Shown: positions 23,701-36,274 of the stretch, piece after piece | Numbering within the stretch: the stretch's first letter is position 1 | Layout: every line of letters starts with the position of its first letter | The notes under the pieces: generated by a model | The model's input: the letters and a program-made list of their open reading frames with translations, nothing else | What the model was told of the DNA's origin: nothing | Databases searched by the model: none | Position numbers and translations under genes: made by a program | Assembly: GCA_964016885.1 (NCBI GenBank) | Contig: OZ024743.1 | Span: forward strand, 140,120,001-140,184,000 | DNA length: 64,000 nt | Source: Eledone cirrhosa | Lineage: Eukaryota | Direction of reading: 5' to 3'

Positions 23701-26700
23701 GGTGCTTGGTGTTTGGTGTTTGGTGTTTGATGCTTGGTGTGTGCTGCTTGGTGCTTGGTGCTTGGTGTTTTGTGTTTGGTGTTTGGTGCTTGGTGCCTGG
23801 TTCTTGGTGCTTGGTGCTTGTTGTTTGGTGCTTGGTGCTTGGTGATTAGTGTTTGGTGCTTGGTGCTTGGGGTTTGCTGTTTGGTGCTTGGTGTTTGGTG
23901 CTTGGTGCTTGGTGTTTGGTGTTTGGTGTTTGGTGCTTCTTGTCTGGTGTTTGGTGTTTGGTGTTTGGTGCTTGGTGCTTGGTGTTTGGTGCTGGGTGCT
24001 TGGTGCTTGGTGTTTGGTGCTGGGTGCTTGGTGTTTGGTGCTTGGTGCTTGGTGCTTGGTGCTTGGTGTTTGGTGTTTGGTACTTGGTGCTTGGTGTTTG
24101 GTGTTTGATGCTTGGTGTTTGATGCTTTTTGCTGGGTGCTTGTTGTTTTGTGTTTGGTGTTTGGTGCTTGGTGTATGTACTAGGTGCTTGTTGTTTGGTG
24201 CTTGGTGCTTGGTGATTAGTGTTTGGTGCTTGGTGCTTGGGGTTTGCTGTTTGGTGCTTGGTGTTTGGTGCTTGGTGCTTGGTGTTTGGTGTTTGGTGTT
24301 TGGTGCTTCTTGTCTGGTGTTTGGTGTTTGGTGTTTGGTGCTTGGTGCTTGGTGTTTGGGTTTTGGTGCTTGGTTGTTGGTGTTTGGTGTTTGGTGCTTG
24401 GTGTTTGGTGTTTGGTGCTTGGTGTTTGGTGCTGGGTTCTTGGTGCTTGGTGTTTGGTGCTGGGTGCTTGGTGTTTGGTGCTTGGTGCTTGGTGCTTGGT
24501 GCTTGGTGTTTGGTGTTTGGTACTTGGTGCTTGGTGTTTGGTGTTTGATGCTTGGTGTTTGATGCTTTTTGCTGGGTGCTTGTTGTTTTGTGTTTGGTGT
24601 TTGGTGCTTGGTGTATGTACTAGGTGCTTGGTGCTTGGTGTTTGGTGTTGGTTCTTGGTGTTTGGTGATTGGTGCTTGGTGCTTGGTGTTTGGTGCTTGG
24701 TGCTTGGTGTTTGGTACTTGGTGCTTGGTGTTTGGTGTTTGGTGCTTGGTGTTTGGTGCTTGGTGCTTGGTGCTTGGTGTTAAGTGTTTGGTGCTTGGTG
24801 CTTGGTCTTTGGTGCTTCGTGCTTGGTGCTTGGTGTTTGGTGCATGGTGCTTGGTGTTTGGTGCTTGGTGCCTGGTGCTTGGTGTCTGGTGCTTGGTGAT
24901 TGGTGCTTGGTGTTTGGTGCTTGGTGTTCGGTGCTTGGTGCTTGGTGCTTGGTGTTTGATGTTGGGTCCTTGGTGCTTGGTGTTTGGTGTTTGGTGCTTG
25001 GTGTTTGGTGTTTGGTGCTTGCTGCTTGCTGCTTGTTTCGTTCTTTGTGATTGGTGCTTGGTGTTTGGTGCTTGGTGCTTGGTGCTTGGTGTTAAGTGTT
25101 TGGTGCTTGGTGCTTGGTGTTTGATGTTTGGTGCTTGGTGCTTGGTGTTTGGTGTTTGGTGCTTGGTGCTTGGTGTTTGGTGTTTGGTGCTTGCTGCTTG
25201 CTCCTTGGTGTTTGGTGCTTGGTGATTGGTGCTTGGTATTTTGTGATTGGTGCTTGGTGTTTGGTGTTTGGTGCTAGGGGCTTGGTGCTTGGTGCTTGGT
25301 GTTTGGTGCTTGGTGCTTGCTGTTTGGTGTTTGGTGCTTGGTGCGTGGGAATTCGTGTTTGGTGTTTGGTGCTTGGTGTTTGGTGCTTGGTGTTTGGGGC
25401 ATGGTGTTCGGTGCTTGGTGCTTGGTGCTTGGTGCTTGGTGTTTGGTGTTTGGTGCTTGGTGCTTGGTGTTTGATATTGGGTCCTTGGTGCTTGGTGTTT
25501 GGTGTTTGGTGCTTGGTGTTTGGTGTTTGGTGCTTGCTGCTTGCTGCTTGTTGTTTCGTTCTTTGTGATTGGTGCTTGGTGCTTGTTGTTTGGTGCTTGG
25601 TGCTTGGTGTTTGGTGTTTGGTGCTTGGTGCTTGGGGCTTGGTGTTTGGTGCTTGGTGCTTGGTGCTTGGTGTTTGGTGTTTGGTGCTTGGTGTTTGGTG
25701 CTTGGTGTTTGGTGCTGGGTGGTGGGTGTTTGGTGCTTGGTGCTTGGTGTTTGGTGCTTGGTGTTTGGTGCTTGTTGTTTGGTGCTTGGTGCTTGGTGCT
25801 TGGTCTTTGGTGCTTGGTGTTTGGCGTTTGGTGCTTGGTGCTTGGTGTTTGGTGCTTGGTGCTTGGTGCTTGGTGTTTGGTGCTTGGTGCTTGGTGATTA
25901 GTGTTTGTTGCTTGGTGCTTGGGGTTTGGTGGTTGGTGCTTGGTGCTTGGTGTTTGGTGTTTGGTGTTTGGTGTTTTGTGTTTGCTGTTTGGTGTCTGCT
26001 TTTTGGTGTTTGGTGTTTGCTGTATGGTGTTTGCTGTTTCGTATTTGGTTTTTGCTGTTTGGTGTTTGGTGTTTGCTGTTTGGTGTTTGGTGTTTTGTGT
26101 TTGGTGCTTGGTGCTTGGTGTTTGGTGCTTGGTGCTTGGTGCTGGGTGTTTGGTGCTTGGTGCTTGGTGTTTGGTGCTTGGTGCTTGGTGTTTGGTCCTT
26201 GGTGTTTGGTGTTTGTTGCTTGGTGTTTGGTGTTTGTTACTTGGTGCTTGGTGCTTGGTGCTTGGTGTTTGGTGCTTGGTGCTTGGTGCTTGGTGTTTGA
26301 TGCTGCGTGCTTGGTGTTTGGTGTTTGGGGCTTGGTGCTTGGTGTTTGGTGTTTGGTGCTTGGTGCCTGGTGCTTGTTGTTTAGTGTTTGGTGCTTGGTG
26401 CTTGGTGTTTGGTGTTTGGTGCTTGGTGCTTGGTATCTGGTATTTGGTGCTTGGTGTTTGGTGTTTGGTGCTTCGTGCTTGGTGCTTGGTTCCTGGTGCT
26501 TGGTGTTTGGTGCTTGGTGTTTGGTGCTTGGTGGTTGGTGTTTGGTGTTTGATGCTTGGTGTTTGCTGCTTGGTGCTTGGTGCTTGGTGTTTTGTGTTTG
26601 GTGCTTGTTGCTTGGTGCCTGGTGCTTGGTGCTTCGTTCTTGTTGTTTGGTGCTTGGTGCTTGGTGATTAGTGTTTGGTGCTTGGTGCTTGCGGTTTGGT

Positions 26701-27600
26701 GTTTGGTGCTTGGGGTTTGGTGTTTGGTGCTTGGTGCTTGGTGTTTGGTGCTTGGTGCTTGGTGCTTGGTGTTTGATGCTTGTTGCTTGGTATTTGGTGC
26801 TTGGTGCTTGGTGTTTGGTGCTTGGTGTTTGGTGCTTGGTGCTTGGTGCTTGGTGCTTGGTGTAAGGTGTTTGGTGCTTGGTGCTTGTGCTTGATGTTTG
26901 GTCCTTGGTGCTTGGTGTTTGGTGTTTGGTTCTTGGTGCTTGGTGTTTGGTGTTTGGTGCTTGGTGCTTGGTGCTTGGTGTTTTGTGTTTGGAGCTTGGT
27001 GCTTGGTGTTTGGTGCTTCGGTCTTCATGCTTGGTGTTTCTTGCTTGGTGCTTGGTGTTTGGTGCTTGGTGCCTGGTGCTTGGTGTTTGGTGTTTGCTGA
27101 TTGGTGTCTGCTTTTTGGTGTTTGGTGTTTTGTGCTTGGTGCCTGGTGTTTGGCATTTGGTGCTTGGTGCTTGGTGTTTGGTGCTTGGTGCTTGGTTTTT
27201 GGTGTTTGGTGCTTGGTACCTGGTGCTTGTTGTTTGGTGTTTGGTGCTTGGTGCTTGGTGCTTGGTGTTTGGTGCCTGGTGTCTGGTGTTTGGTGCTTGG
27301 TGTTTGGTGTTTGGTGGTTGGTGCTTGGTGTTTGGTGTTTGGTGCTGGGTGCTTGGAGTTTGGTGCTTGGTGCTTGGTGTTTGGTGTTTGGTGTTTGATG
27401 CTTGGTGTGTGCTGCTTGGTGCTTGGTGCTTGGTGTTTTGTGTTTGGTGTTTGGTGCTTGGTGCCTGGTTCTTGGTGCTTGGTGCTTGTTGTTTGGTGCT
27501 TGGTGCTTGGTGATTAGTGTTTTGTGCTTGGTGCTTGGGGTTTGCTGTTTGGTACTTGGTGTTTGGTGCTTGGTGCTTGGTGTTTGGTGTTTGGTGTTTG
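20100..27600. repeat. Array 2 near-tandem ~3.89-kb duplication (offset 3,887-3,899 bp)
   Basis: ORF pairs 20332/24219, 21209/25096 and 22014/25901 differ by 3,887. Pairs 22482/26381 and 23503/27402 differ by 3,899. The motif GCGTGGGAATTCGTG occurs with GAATTC at 21,462 and 25,349. Confidence 0.92.
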
Positions 27601-27940
27601 GTGCTTGGTGTCTGGTGTTTGGTGTTTGGTGTTTGGTGCTTGGTGCTTGGTGTTTGGGTTTTGGTGCTTGGTTGTTGGTGTTTGGTGTTTGGTGCTTGGT
27701 GTTTGGTGTTTGGTGCTTGGTGTTTTGTGCTGGGTGCTCGGTGCTTGGTGTTTGGTGCTGGGTGCTTGGTGTTTGGTGCTTGGTGCTTGGTGCTTGGTGC
27801 TTGGTGTTTGGTGTTTGGTACTTGGTGCTTGGTGTTTGGTGTTTGATGCTTGGTGTGTGCTGCTTGGTGCTTGGTGCTTGGTGTTTTGTGTTTGGTGTTT
27901 GGTGCTTGGTGCCTGGTTCTTGGTGCTTGGTGCTTGTTGT

Positions 27941-30380
27941 TTGGTGCTTGGTGCTTGGTGATTAGTGTTTTGTGCTTGGTGCTTGGGGTTTGCTGTTTGG
28001 TACTTGGTGTTTGGTGCTTGGTGCTTGGTGTTTGGTGTTTGGTGTTTGGTGCTTGGTGTCTGGTGTTTGGTGTTTGGTGTTTGGTGCTTGGTGCTTGGTG
28101 TTTGGGTTTTGGGGCTTGGTTGTTGGTGTTTGGTGTTTGGTGCTTGGTGTTTGGTGTTTGGTGCTTGGTGTTTGGTGCTTGGTGCTTGGTGTTTGGTGTT
28201 GGTTCTTGGTGTTTGGTGATTGGTGCTTGGTGCTTGGTGTTTGGTGCTTGGTGCTTGGTGTTTGGTACTTGGTGCTTGGTGTTTGGTGTTTGGTGCTTGG
28301 TGTTTGGTGCTTGGTGCTTGGTGCTTGGTGTTAAGTGTTTGGTGCTTGGTGCTTGGTCTTTGGTGCTTCGTGCTTGGTGCTTGGTGTTTGGTGCATGGTG
28401 CTTGGTGTTTGGTGCTTGGTGCCTGGTGCTTGGTGTCTGGTGCTTGGTGATTGGTGCTTGGTGTTTGGTGCTTGGTGTTCGGTGCTTGGTGCTTGGTGTT
28501 TGGTGCTTGCTGTTTGGTGCTTGGTGTTCGGTGCTTGGTGCTTGGTGCTTGGTGCTTGGTGTTAAGTGTTTGGTGCTTGGTGCTTGGTGTTTGGTGTTTG
28601 GTGCTTGCTGCTTGCTGCTTGGTGTTTGGTGCTTGGTGATTGGTGCTTGGTGTTTGGTGTTTGGTGTTTGGTGTTTGGTGCTTTGTGTTTGGTGCTTGGT
28701 GCTTGGTGCTTGGTGTTAAGTGTTTGGTGCTTGGTGCTTGGTGTTAGGTGCTTCGTGCTTGGTGCTTGGTGTTTGGTGCATGGTGCTTGGTGTTTGGTGC
28801 TTGGTGCCTGGTCCTTGGTTGTTTGGTTCTTGGTGTTTGGTGCTTGGTGCTTGGTGCTTGGTGTTCGGTGCTTTGTGCTTGGTGCTTGGTGCTTGGTGCT
28901 TGGTGTTTGATGTTTGGTCCTTGGTGCTTGGTGTTTGGTGTTTTGTGCTTGGTGCTTGGTGCTTGGTGTTTGGTGCTTGGTGCTTGGTGCTTGGTGTATG
29001 GCGTTTGCTGTTTGCTGTTTGCTGTTTGATGTTTGCTGTTTGGTGTTTGCTGTTTGGTGTTTGGTGTTTGGTGCTCGCTGTTTGGTGCTTGGTGCTTGGT
29101 GTTTGGTGTTTGGTGTTTGGTGCCTGGTGCTTGGTGTTTGGTGCTTGGTGTTTGGTGCTTGGTGCTTGGTGTCTGGTCCTTGGTGCTTGGTGCTTGGTCT
29201 TTGGTGCTTGGGGTTTGGTGTTTGGTGCTTGGTGCTTGGTGTTTGGTGCTTGCTGCTTGGTGATTAGTGTTTGGTGATTGGTGCTTGGGGTTTGGTGTTT
29301 GGTGCGTGGTGTTTGGTGCTTGGTGCTTGCTGTTTGGTGTTTGGTGTTTGGTTCTTGGTGCTTGGTGTTTGGTGTTTGGTGTTTGGTGCTTGGTGCCTGG
29401 TGCTTGGTGTTTGGTGTTTGCTGTTTGGTGTCTGCTTTTTGGTGTTTGGTGTTTTGTGCTTGGTGCCTGGTGTTTGGCATTTGGTGCTTGGTGCTTGGTG
29501 TTTGGTGCTTGGTGCTTGGTTTTTGGTGTTTGGTGCTTGGTACCTGGTGCTTGTTGTTTGGTGTTTGGTGCTTGGTGCTTGGTGCTTGGTGTTTGGTGCC
29601 TGGTGTCTGGTGTTTGGTGCTTGGTGTTTGGTGTTTGGTGGTTGGTGCTTGGTGTTTGGTGTTTGGTGCTGGGTGCTTGGAGTTTGGTGCTTGGTGCTTG
29701 GTGCTTAGTGCTTGGTGCTTGGTGTTTGGTGCTTGGTGTTTGGTGTTTGGTGTTTGATGCTTGGTGTGTGCTGCTTGGTGCTTGGTGCTTGGTGTTTTGT
29801 GTTTGGTGTTTGGTTCTTGGTGCTTGGTGGTTGGTGCTTGGTGCTTGGTGCTGGGTGGTTTGCGTTTGGTGCTTGGTGCTTGGTGTTTGGTGCTTGGTGC
29901 TTGGTGCTTGGTGTTTGTTGCTTGGTGCTTGGTGCTTGGTCTTTGGTGCTTGGTGTTTGGTGTCTGGTGCTTGGTGCTTGGTGTTTGGTGCTTGGTGCTG
30001 GGTGATTAGTGTTTGGTGCTTGGTGCTTGGGGTTTGGTGTTTGGTGCTTGGTGCTTGGTGTTTAGTGCTTGGTGCTTGGTGTTTGGTGCTTGGTGTTTGG
30101 TGTTTTCTGTTTGGTGTTTGGTGTTTGGTGTTTGGTGTTTGCTGTTTGGTGTCTGCTTTTTGGTGTTTGGTGTTTGCTGTATGGTGTTTGCTGTTTCATG
30201 TATGGAGTTTGCTGTTTGCTGTTTGGTGTTTCCTGTTTGGTGTTTGGTGTTTGGTGCTTGGTGCTTGGTGTTTGGTGTTTGGTGCTTGGAGCTTGGTGTT
30301 TGGTGCTTAGTGCTTGGTGTTTGGTGTTTGGTGCTTGGTGCCTGGTGCTTGATGTTTGGTGTTTGGTGCTTGGTGCTTGA
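27941..30380. repeat. Array 2 higher-order duplicate of the array start (~16,677-19,180), offset 11,264 bp initially and ~11,090-11,200 after indels
   Basis: ORF pairs 16701/27965, 16708/27972, 16956/28220, 17071/28335 and 17187/28451 differ by 11,264. Pair 17626/28716 differs by 11,090 and pair 18601/29761 by 11,160. Confidence 0.88.
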
Positions 30381-33300
30381 TGTTTGGTGTTTGGTGCTTG
30401 GTGTCTGGTGTTTGGTGCTTGGTGTCTGGTGTTTGGTGCTTGGTGCTTGGTGTTTGGTGTTTGGTGCTTGGTGCTTGGTGTTTGGTGTTTGGTGCTTGGT
30501 GTTTGGTGTTTGGTGCTTGGTACTTGGTGTTTGGTGCTTGGTGCTTGGTGCTTGGTGCTTGGTGCTTGGTGTTTGGTACTTGGTGCTTGGTGTTTGGTGT
30601 TAGGTGCTTGGTGTTTGGTGCTTGGTGCTTGGTGCTTGGTGTTAAGTGTTTGGTGCTTGGTGCTTGGTCTTTGGTGCTTCGTGCTTGGTGCTTGGTGTTT
30701 GGTGCATGGTGCTTGGTGTCTGGTGCTTGGTGATTGGTGCTTGGTGTTTGGTGCTTGGTGTTCGGTGCTTGGTGCTTGGTGTTTGGTGCTTGCTGTTTGG
30801 TGCTTGGTGTTCGGTGCTTGGTGCTTGGTGCTTGGTGCTTGGTGTTAAGTGTTTGGTGCTTGGTGCTTGGTGTTTGGTGTTTGGTGCTTGCTGCTTGCTG
30901 CTTGGTGTTTGGTGCTTGGTGATTGGTGCTTGGTGTTTGGTGTTTGGTGTTTGGTGTTTGGTGCTTTGTGTTTGGTGCTTGGTGCTTGGTGCTTGGTGTT
31001 AAGTGTTTGGTGCTTGGTGCTTGGTGTTAGGTGCTTCGTGCTTGGTGCTTGGTGTTTGGTGCATGGTGCTTGGTGTTTGGTGCTTGGTGCCTGGTCCTTG
31101 GTTGTTTGGTTCTTGGTGTTTGGTGCTTGGTGCTTGGTGCTTGGTGTTCGGTGCTTTGTGCTTGGTGCTTGGTGCTTGGTGCTTGGTGTTTGATGTTTGG
31201 TCCTTGGTGCTTGGTGTTTGGTGTTTTGTGCTTGGTGCTTGGTGCTTGGTGTTTGGTGCTTGGTGCTTGGTGCTTGGTGTATGGCGTTTGCTGTTTGCTG
31301 TTTGCTGTTTGATGTTTGCTGTTTGGTGTTTGCTGTTTGGTGTTTGGTGTTTGGTGCTCGCTGTTTGGTGCTTGGTGCTTGGTGTTTGGTGTTTGGTGTT
31401 TGGTGCCTGGTGCTTGGTGTTTGGTGCTTGGTGTTTGGTGCTTGGTGCTTGGTGTCTGGTCCTTGGTGCTTGGTGCTTGGTCTTTGGTGCTTGGGGTTTG
31501 GTGTTTGGTGCTTGGTGCTTGGTGTTTGGTGCTTGCTGCTTGGTGATTAGTGTTTGGTGATTGGTGCTTGGGGTTTGGTGTTTGGTGCGTGGTGTTTGGT
31601 GCTTGGTGCTTGCTGTTTGGTGTTTGGTGTTTGGTTCTTGGTGCTTGGTGTTTGGTGTTTGGTGTTTGGTGCTTGGTGCCTGGTGCTTGGTGTTTGGTGT
31701 TTGCTGTTTGGTGTCTGCTTTTTGGTGTTTGGTGTTTTGTGCTTGGTGCCTGGTGTTTGGCATTTGGTGCTTGGTGCTTGGTGTTTGGTGCTTGGTGCTT
31801 GGTTTTTGGTGTTTGGTGCTTGGTACCTGGTGCTTGTTGTTTGGTGTTTGGTGCTTGGTGCTTGGTGCTTGGTGTTTGGTGCCTGGTGTCTGGTGTTTGG
31901 TGCTTGGTGTTTGGTGTTTGGTGGTTGGTGCTTGGTGTTTGGTGTTTGGTGCTGGGTGCTTGGAGTTTGGTGCTTGGTGCTTGGTGCTTAGTGCTTGGTG
32001 CTTGGTGTTTGGTGCTTGGTGTTTGGTGTTTGGTGTTTGATGCTTGGTGTGTGCTGCTTGGTGCTTGGTGCTTGGTGTTTTGTGTTTGGTGTTTGGTTCT
32101 TGGTGCTTGGTGGTTGGTGCTTGGTGCTTGGTGCTGGGTGGTTTGCGTTTGGTGCTTGGTGCTTGGTGTTTGGTGCTTGGTGCTTGGTGCTTGGTGTTTG
32201 TTGCTTGGTGCTTGGTGCTTGGTCTTTGGTGCTTGGTGTTTGGTGTCTGGTGCTTGGTGCTTGGTGTTTGGTGCTTGGTGCTGGGTGATTAGTGTTTGGT
32301 GCTTGGTGCTTGGGGTTTGGTGTTTGGTGCTTGGTGCTTGGTGTTTAGTGCTTGGTGCTTGGTGTTTGGTGCTTGGTGTTTGGTGTTTTCTGTTTGGTGT
32401 TTGGTGTTTGGTGTTTGGTGTTTGCTGTTTGGTGTCTGCTTTTTGGTGTTTGGTGTTTGCTGTATGGTGTTTGCTGTTTCATGTATGGAGTTTGCTGTTT
32501 GCTGTTTGGTGTTTCCTGTTTGGTGTTTGGTGTTTGGTGCTTGGTGCTTGGTGTTTGGTGTTTGGTGCTTGGAGCTTGGTGTTTGGTGCTTAGTGCTTGG
32601 TGTTTGGTGTTTGGTGCTTGGTGCCTGGTGCTTGATGTTTGGTGTTTGGTGCTTGGTGCTTGATGTTTGGTGTTTGGTGCTTGGTGTCTGGTGTTTGGTG
32701 CTTGGTGTCTGGTGTTTGGTGCTTGGTGCTTGGTGTTTGGTGTTTGGTGCTTGGTGCTTGGTGTTTGGTGTTTGGTGCTTGGTGTTTGGTGTTTGGTGCT
32801 TGGTACTTGGTGTTTGGTGCTTGGTGCTTGGTGCTTGGTGCTTGGTGCTTGGTGTTTGGTACTTGGTGCTTGGTGTTTGGTGTTAGGTGCTTGGTGTTTG
32901 GTGCTTGGTGCTTGGTGCTTGGTGTTAAGTGTTTGGTGCTTGGTGCTTGGTCTTTGGTGCTTCGTGCTTGGTGCTTGGTGTTTGGTGCATGGTGCTTGGT
33001 GTTTGGTGCTTGGTGCCTGGTGCTTGGTGTCTGGTGCTTGGTGATTGGTGCTTGGTGTTTGGTGCTTGGTGTTCGGTGCTTGGTGCTTGGTGTTTGGTGC
33101 TTGCTGTTTGGTGCTTGGTGTTCGGTGCTTGGTGCTTGGTGCTTGGTGCTTGGTGTTAGGTGTTTGGTGCTTGGTGCTTGGTGTTTGGTGTTTGGTGCTT
33201 GCTGCTTGCTGCTTGGTGTTTGGTGCTTGGTGATTGGTGCTTGGTGTTTGGTGCTTGCTGTTTGGTGCTTGGTGTTCGGTGCTTGGTGCTTGGTGCTTGG

Positions 33301-35300
33301 TGCTTGGTGTTAGGTGTTTGGTGCTTGGTGCTTGGTGTTTGGTGTTTGGTGCTTGCTGCTTGCTGCTTGGTGTTTGGTGCTTGGTGATTGGTGCTTGGTG
33401 TTTGGTGTTTGGTGTTTGGTGTTTGGTGCTTTGTGTTTGGTGCTTGGTGCTTGGTGCTTGGTGTTAAGTGTTTGGTGCTTGGTGCTTGGTGTTAGGTGCT
33501 TCGTGCTTGGTGCTTGGTGTTTGGTGCATGGTGCTTGGTGTTTGGTGCTTGGTGCCTGGTCCTTGGTTGTTTGGTTCTTGGTGTTTGGTGCTTGGTGCTT
33601 GGTGCTTGGTGTTCGGTGCTTTGTGCTTGGTGCTTGGTGCTTGGTGCTTGGTGTTTGATGTTTGGTCCTTGGTGCTTGGTGTTTGGTGTTTTGTGCTTGG
33701 TGCTTGGTGCTTGGTGTTTGGTGCTTGGTGCTTGGTGCTTGGTGTTTGGCGTTTGCTGTTTGCTGTTTGCTGTTTGATGTTTGCTGTTTGGTGTTTGCTG
33801 TTTGTTGTTTGGTGTTTGGTGCTTGCTGTTTGGTGCTTGGTGCTTGGTGTTTGGTGTTTGGTGTTTGGTGCCTGGTGCTTGGTGTTTGGTGCTTGGTGTT
33901 TGGTGCTTGGTGCTTGGTGTCTGGTCCTTGGTGCTTGGTGCTTGGTCTTTGGTGCTTGGGGTTTGGTGTTTGGTGCTTGGTGCTTGGTGTTTGGTGCTTG
34001 CTGCTTGGTGATTAGTGTTTGGTGATTGGTGCTTGGGGTTTGGTGTTTGGTGCTTGGTGTTTGGTGCTTGGTGCTTGCTGTTTGGTGTTTGGTGTTTGGT
34101 TCTTGGTGCTTGGTGTTTGGTGTTTGGTGTTTGGTGCTTGGTGCCTGGTGCTTGGTGTTTGGTGTTTGCTGTTTGGTGTCTGCTTTTTGGTGTTTGGTGT
34201 TTTGTGCTTGGTGCCTGGTGTTTGGCATTTGGTGCTTGGTGCTTGGTGTTTGGTGCTTGGTGCTTGGTTTTTGGTGTTTGGTGCTTGGTACCTGGTGCTT
34301 GTTGTTTGGTGTTTGGTGCTTGGTGCTTGGTGCTTGGTGTTTGGTGCCTGGTGTCTGGTGTTTGGTGCTTGGTGTTTGGTGTTTGGTGGTTGGTGCTTGG
34401 TGTTTGGTGTTTGGTGCTGGGTGCTTGGAGTTTGGTGCTTGGTGCTTGGTGCTTAGTGCTTGGTGCTTGGTGTTTGGTGCTTGGTGTTTGGTGTTTGGTG
34501 TTTGATGCTTGGTGTGTGCTGCTTGGTGCTTGGTGCTTGGTGTTTTGTGTTTGGTGTTTGGTTCTTGGTGCTTGGTGGTTGGTGATTGGTGCTTGGTGCT
34601 GGGTGGTTTGCGTTTGGTGCTTGGGGCTTGGTGTTTGGTGCTTGGTGCTTGGTGCTTGGTGTTTGTTGCTTGGTGCTTGGTGCTTGGTCTTTGGTGCTTG
34701 GTGTTTGGTGTCTGGTGCTTGGTGCTTGGTGTTTGGTGCTTGGTGCTGGGTGATTAGTGTTTGGTGCTTGGTGCTTGGGGTTTGGTGTTTGGTGCTTGGT
34801 GCTTGGTGTTTAGTGCTTGGTGCTTGGTGTTTGGTGCTTGGTGTTTGGTGTTTTCTGTTTGGTGTTTGGTGTTTGGTGTTTGGTGTTTGCTGTTTGGTGT
34901 CTGCTTTTTGGTGTTTGGTGTTTGCTGTATGGTGTTTGCTGTTTCATGTATGGAGTTTGCTGTTTGCTGTTTGGTGTTTCCTGTTTGCTGTTTGGTGTTT
35001 GGTGCTTGGTGCTTGGTGTTTGGTGTTTGGTGCTTGGTGCTTGGTGTTTGGTGCTTAGTGCTTGGTGTTTGGTGTTTGGTGCTTGGTGCCTGGTGCTTGA
35101 TGTTTGGTGTTTGGTGCTTGGTGCTTGATGTTTGGTGTTTGGTGCTTGGTGTCTGGTGTTTGGTGCTTGGTGCTTGGTGTTTGGTGCTTGGTGCTTGGTG
35201 TTTGGTGTTTGGTGCTTGGTGCTTGGTGTTTGGTGTTTGGTGCTTGGTGTTTGGTGTTTGGTGCTTGGTACTTGGTGTTTGGTGCTTGGTGCTTGGTGCT
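28440..35300. repeat. Array 2 HOR: three copies of a ~2.3-2.5-kb unit (offsets 2,283 and 2,465 bp)
   Basis: Near-identical ORFs occur at 28716/30999/33464, 29267/31550/34015 and 30013/32296/34761. The marker TTTCATGTATGGAG occurs once per copy. Confidence 0.92.
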
Positions 35301-36274
35301 TGGTGTTTGGTGTTTGGTGCTTGGTGCTTGGTGTTTGGTGTTTGGTGTTTGATGTTTGGTGTTTGATGCTTGGTGCTTGGTGCTTGGTGTTTGGTGCTTG
35401 GTGCTTGGTGTTTGTACTTGGTGCTTGGTGTCTGGGGCTTGGTGCTTGGTGTTTGGTGCTTGGTGCTTGATGCTTGGTGTTTGGTGTTTGGTGTTTGGTG
35501 CTTGGTGCTTGTTGTTTGGTGCTTGGTGCTTGGTGTTTGGTGCTTCGTGCTTGGTGCTTTGTGCTTGGTGTTTGGTGTTTGGTGTTTGATCTTTGGTGCT
35601 TGGTACTTGGTGTTTGGTGTTTGGTGCTTGGTGCTTGGTGTTTGGTGTTTGATGCTTTGTGTTTGATGCTTGGTGCTTGGTGTTTGGTGCTTGGTGTTTG
35701 GTGCTTGGTGCTTGATGCTTGGCGTTTGGTGCTTGGTGTTTGGTGCTTGGTGCTTGGTGCTTTGTGTTTGGTGTTTGCTGTTTGCTGTTTGGTGTTTGGT
35801 GTTTGCTGTTTGGTGTTTGCTGTTTGGTGTTTGGTGTTTGGTACTTGCTGTTTGGTGCTTGGTGTTTGGTGCTTGGTGCTTGGTATTTTGTGTTTGGTGC
35901 TTGGTGCTTGGGGCTTGGTGTTTGGTGCTTGGTGCTTGGTGCTTGGTGCTTGGTGTTTGGTGTTTGGTGCTTGGTGTTTGGTGCTTGGTGCTTGGTGCTT
36001 GGTGTTAGGTGTTTGGTGCTTGGTGCTTGGTGTTTTATGCTTGGTGCTTGGTGTTTGGTGCTTGGTGCTTGGTGTTTGGTGCTTGGTGCTTGGTGTTTCG
36101 TGTTTGGTGCTTGGTGCTTGGTGTTTGGTGTTTGGTCCTTGGTGCTTGGTGTTTGGTGCTTTGTGCTTGGTGTTTGTTGTTTGGTGCTTTCTGCTTGCTG
36201 CTTTGTGTTTGCTGCTTGGTGCTTGGTGTTTGGTGCTTGTTGCTTGGTGTCTGGTGTTTGGTGTTTGATGCTCG

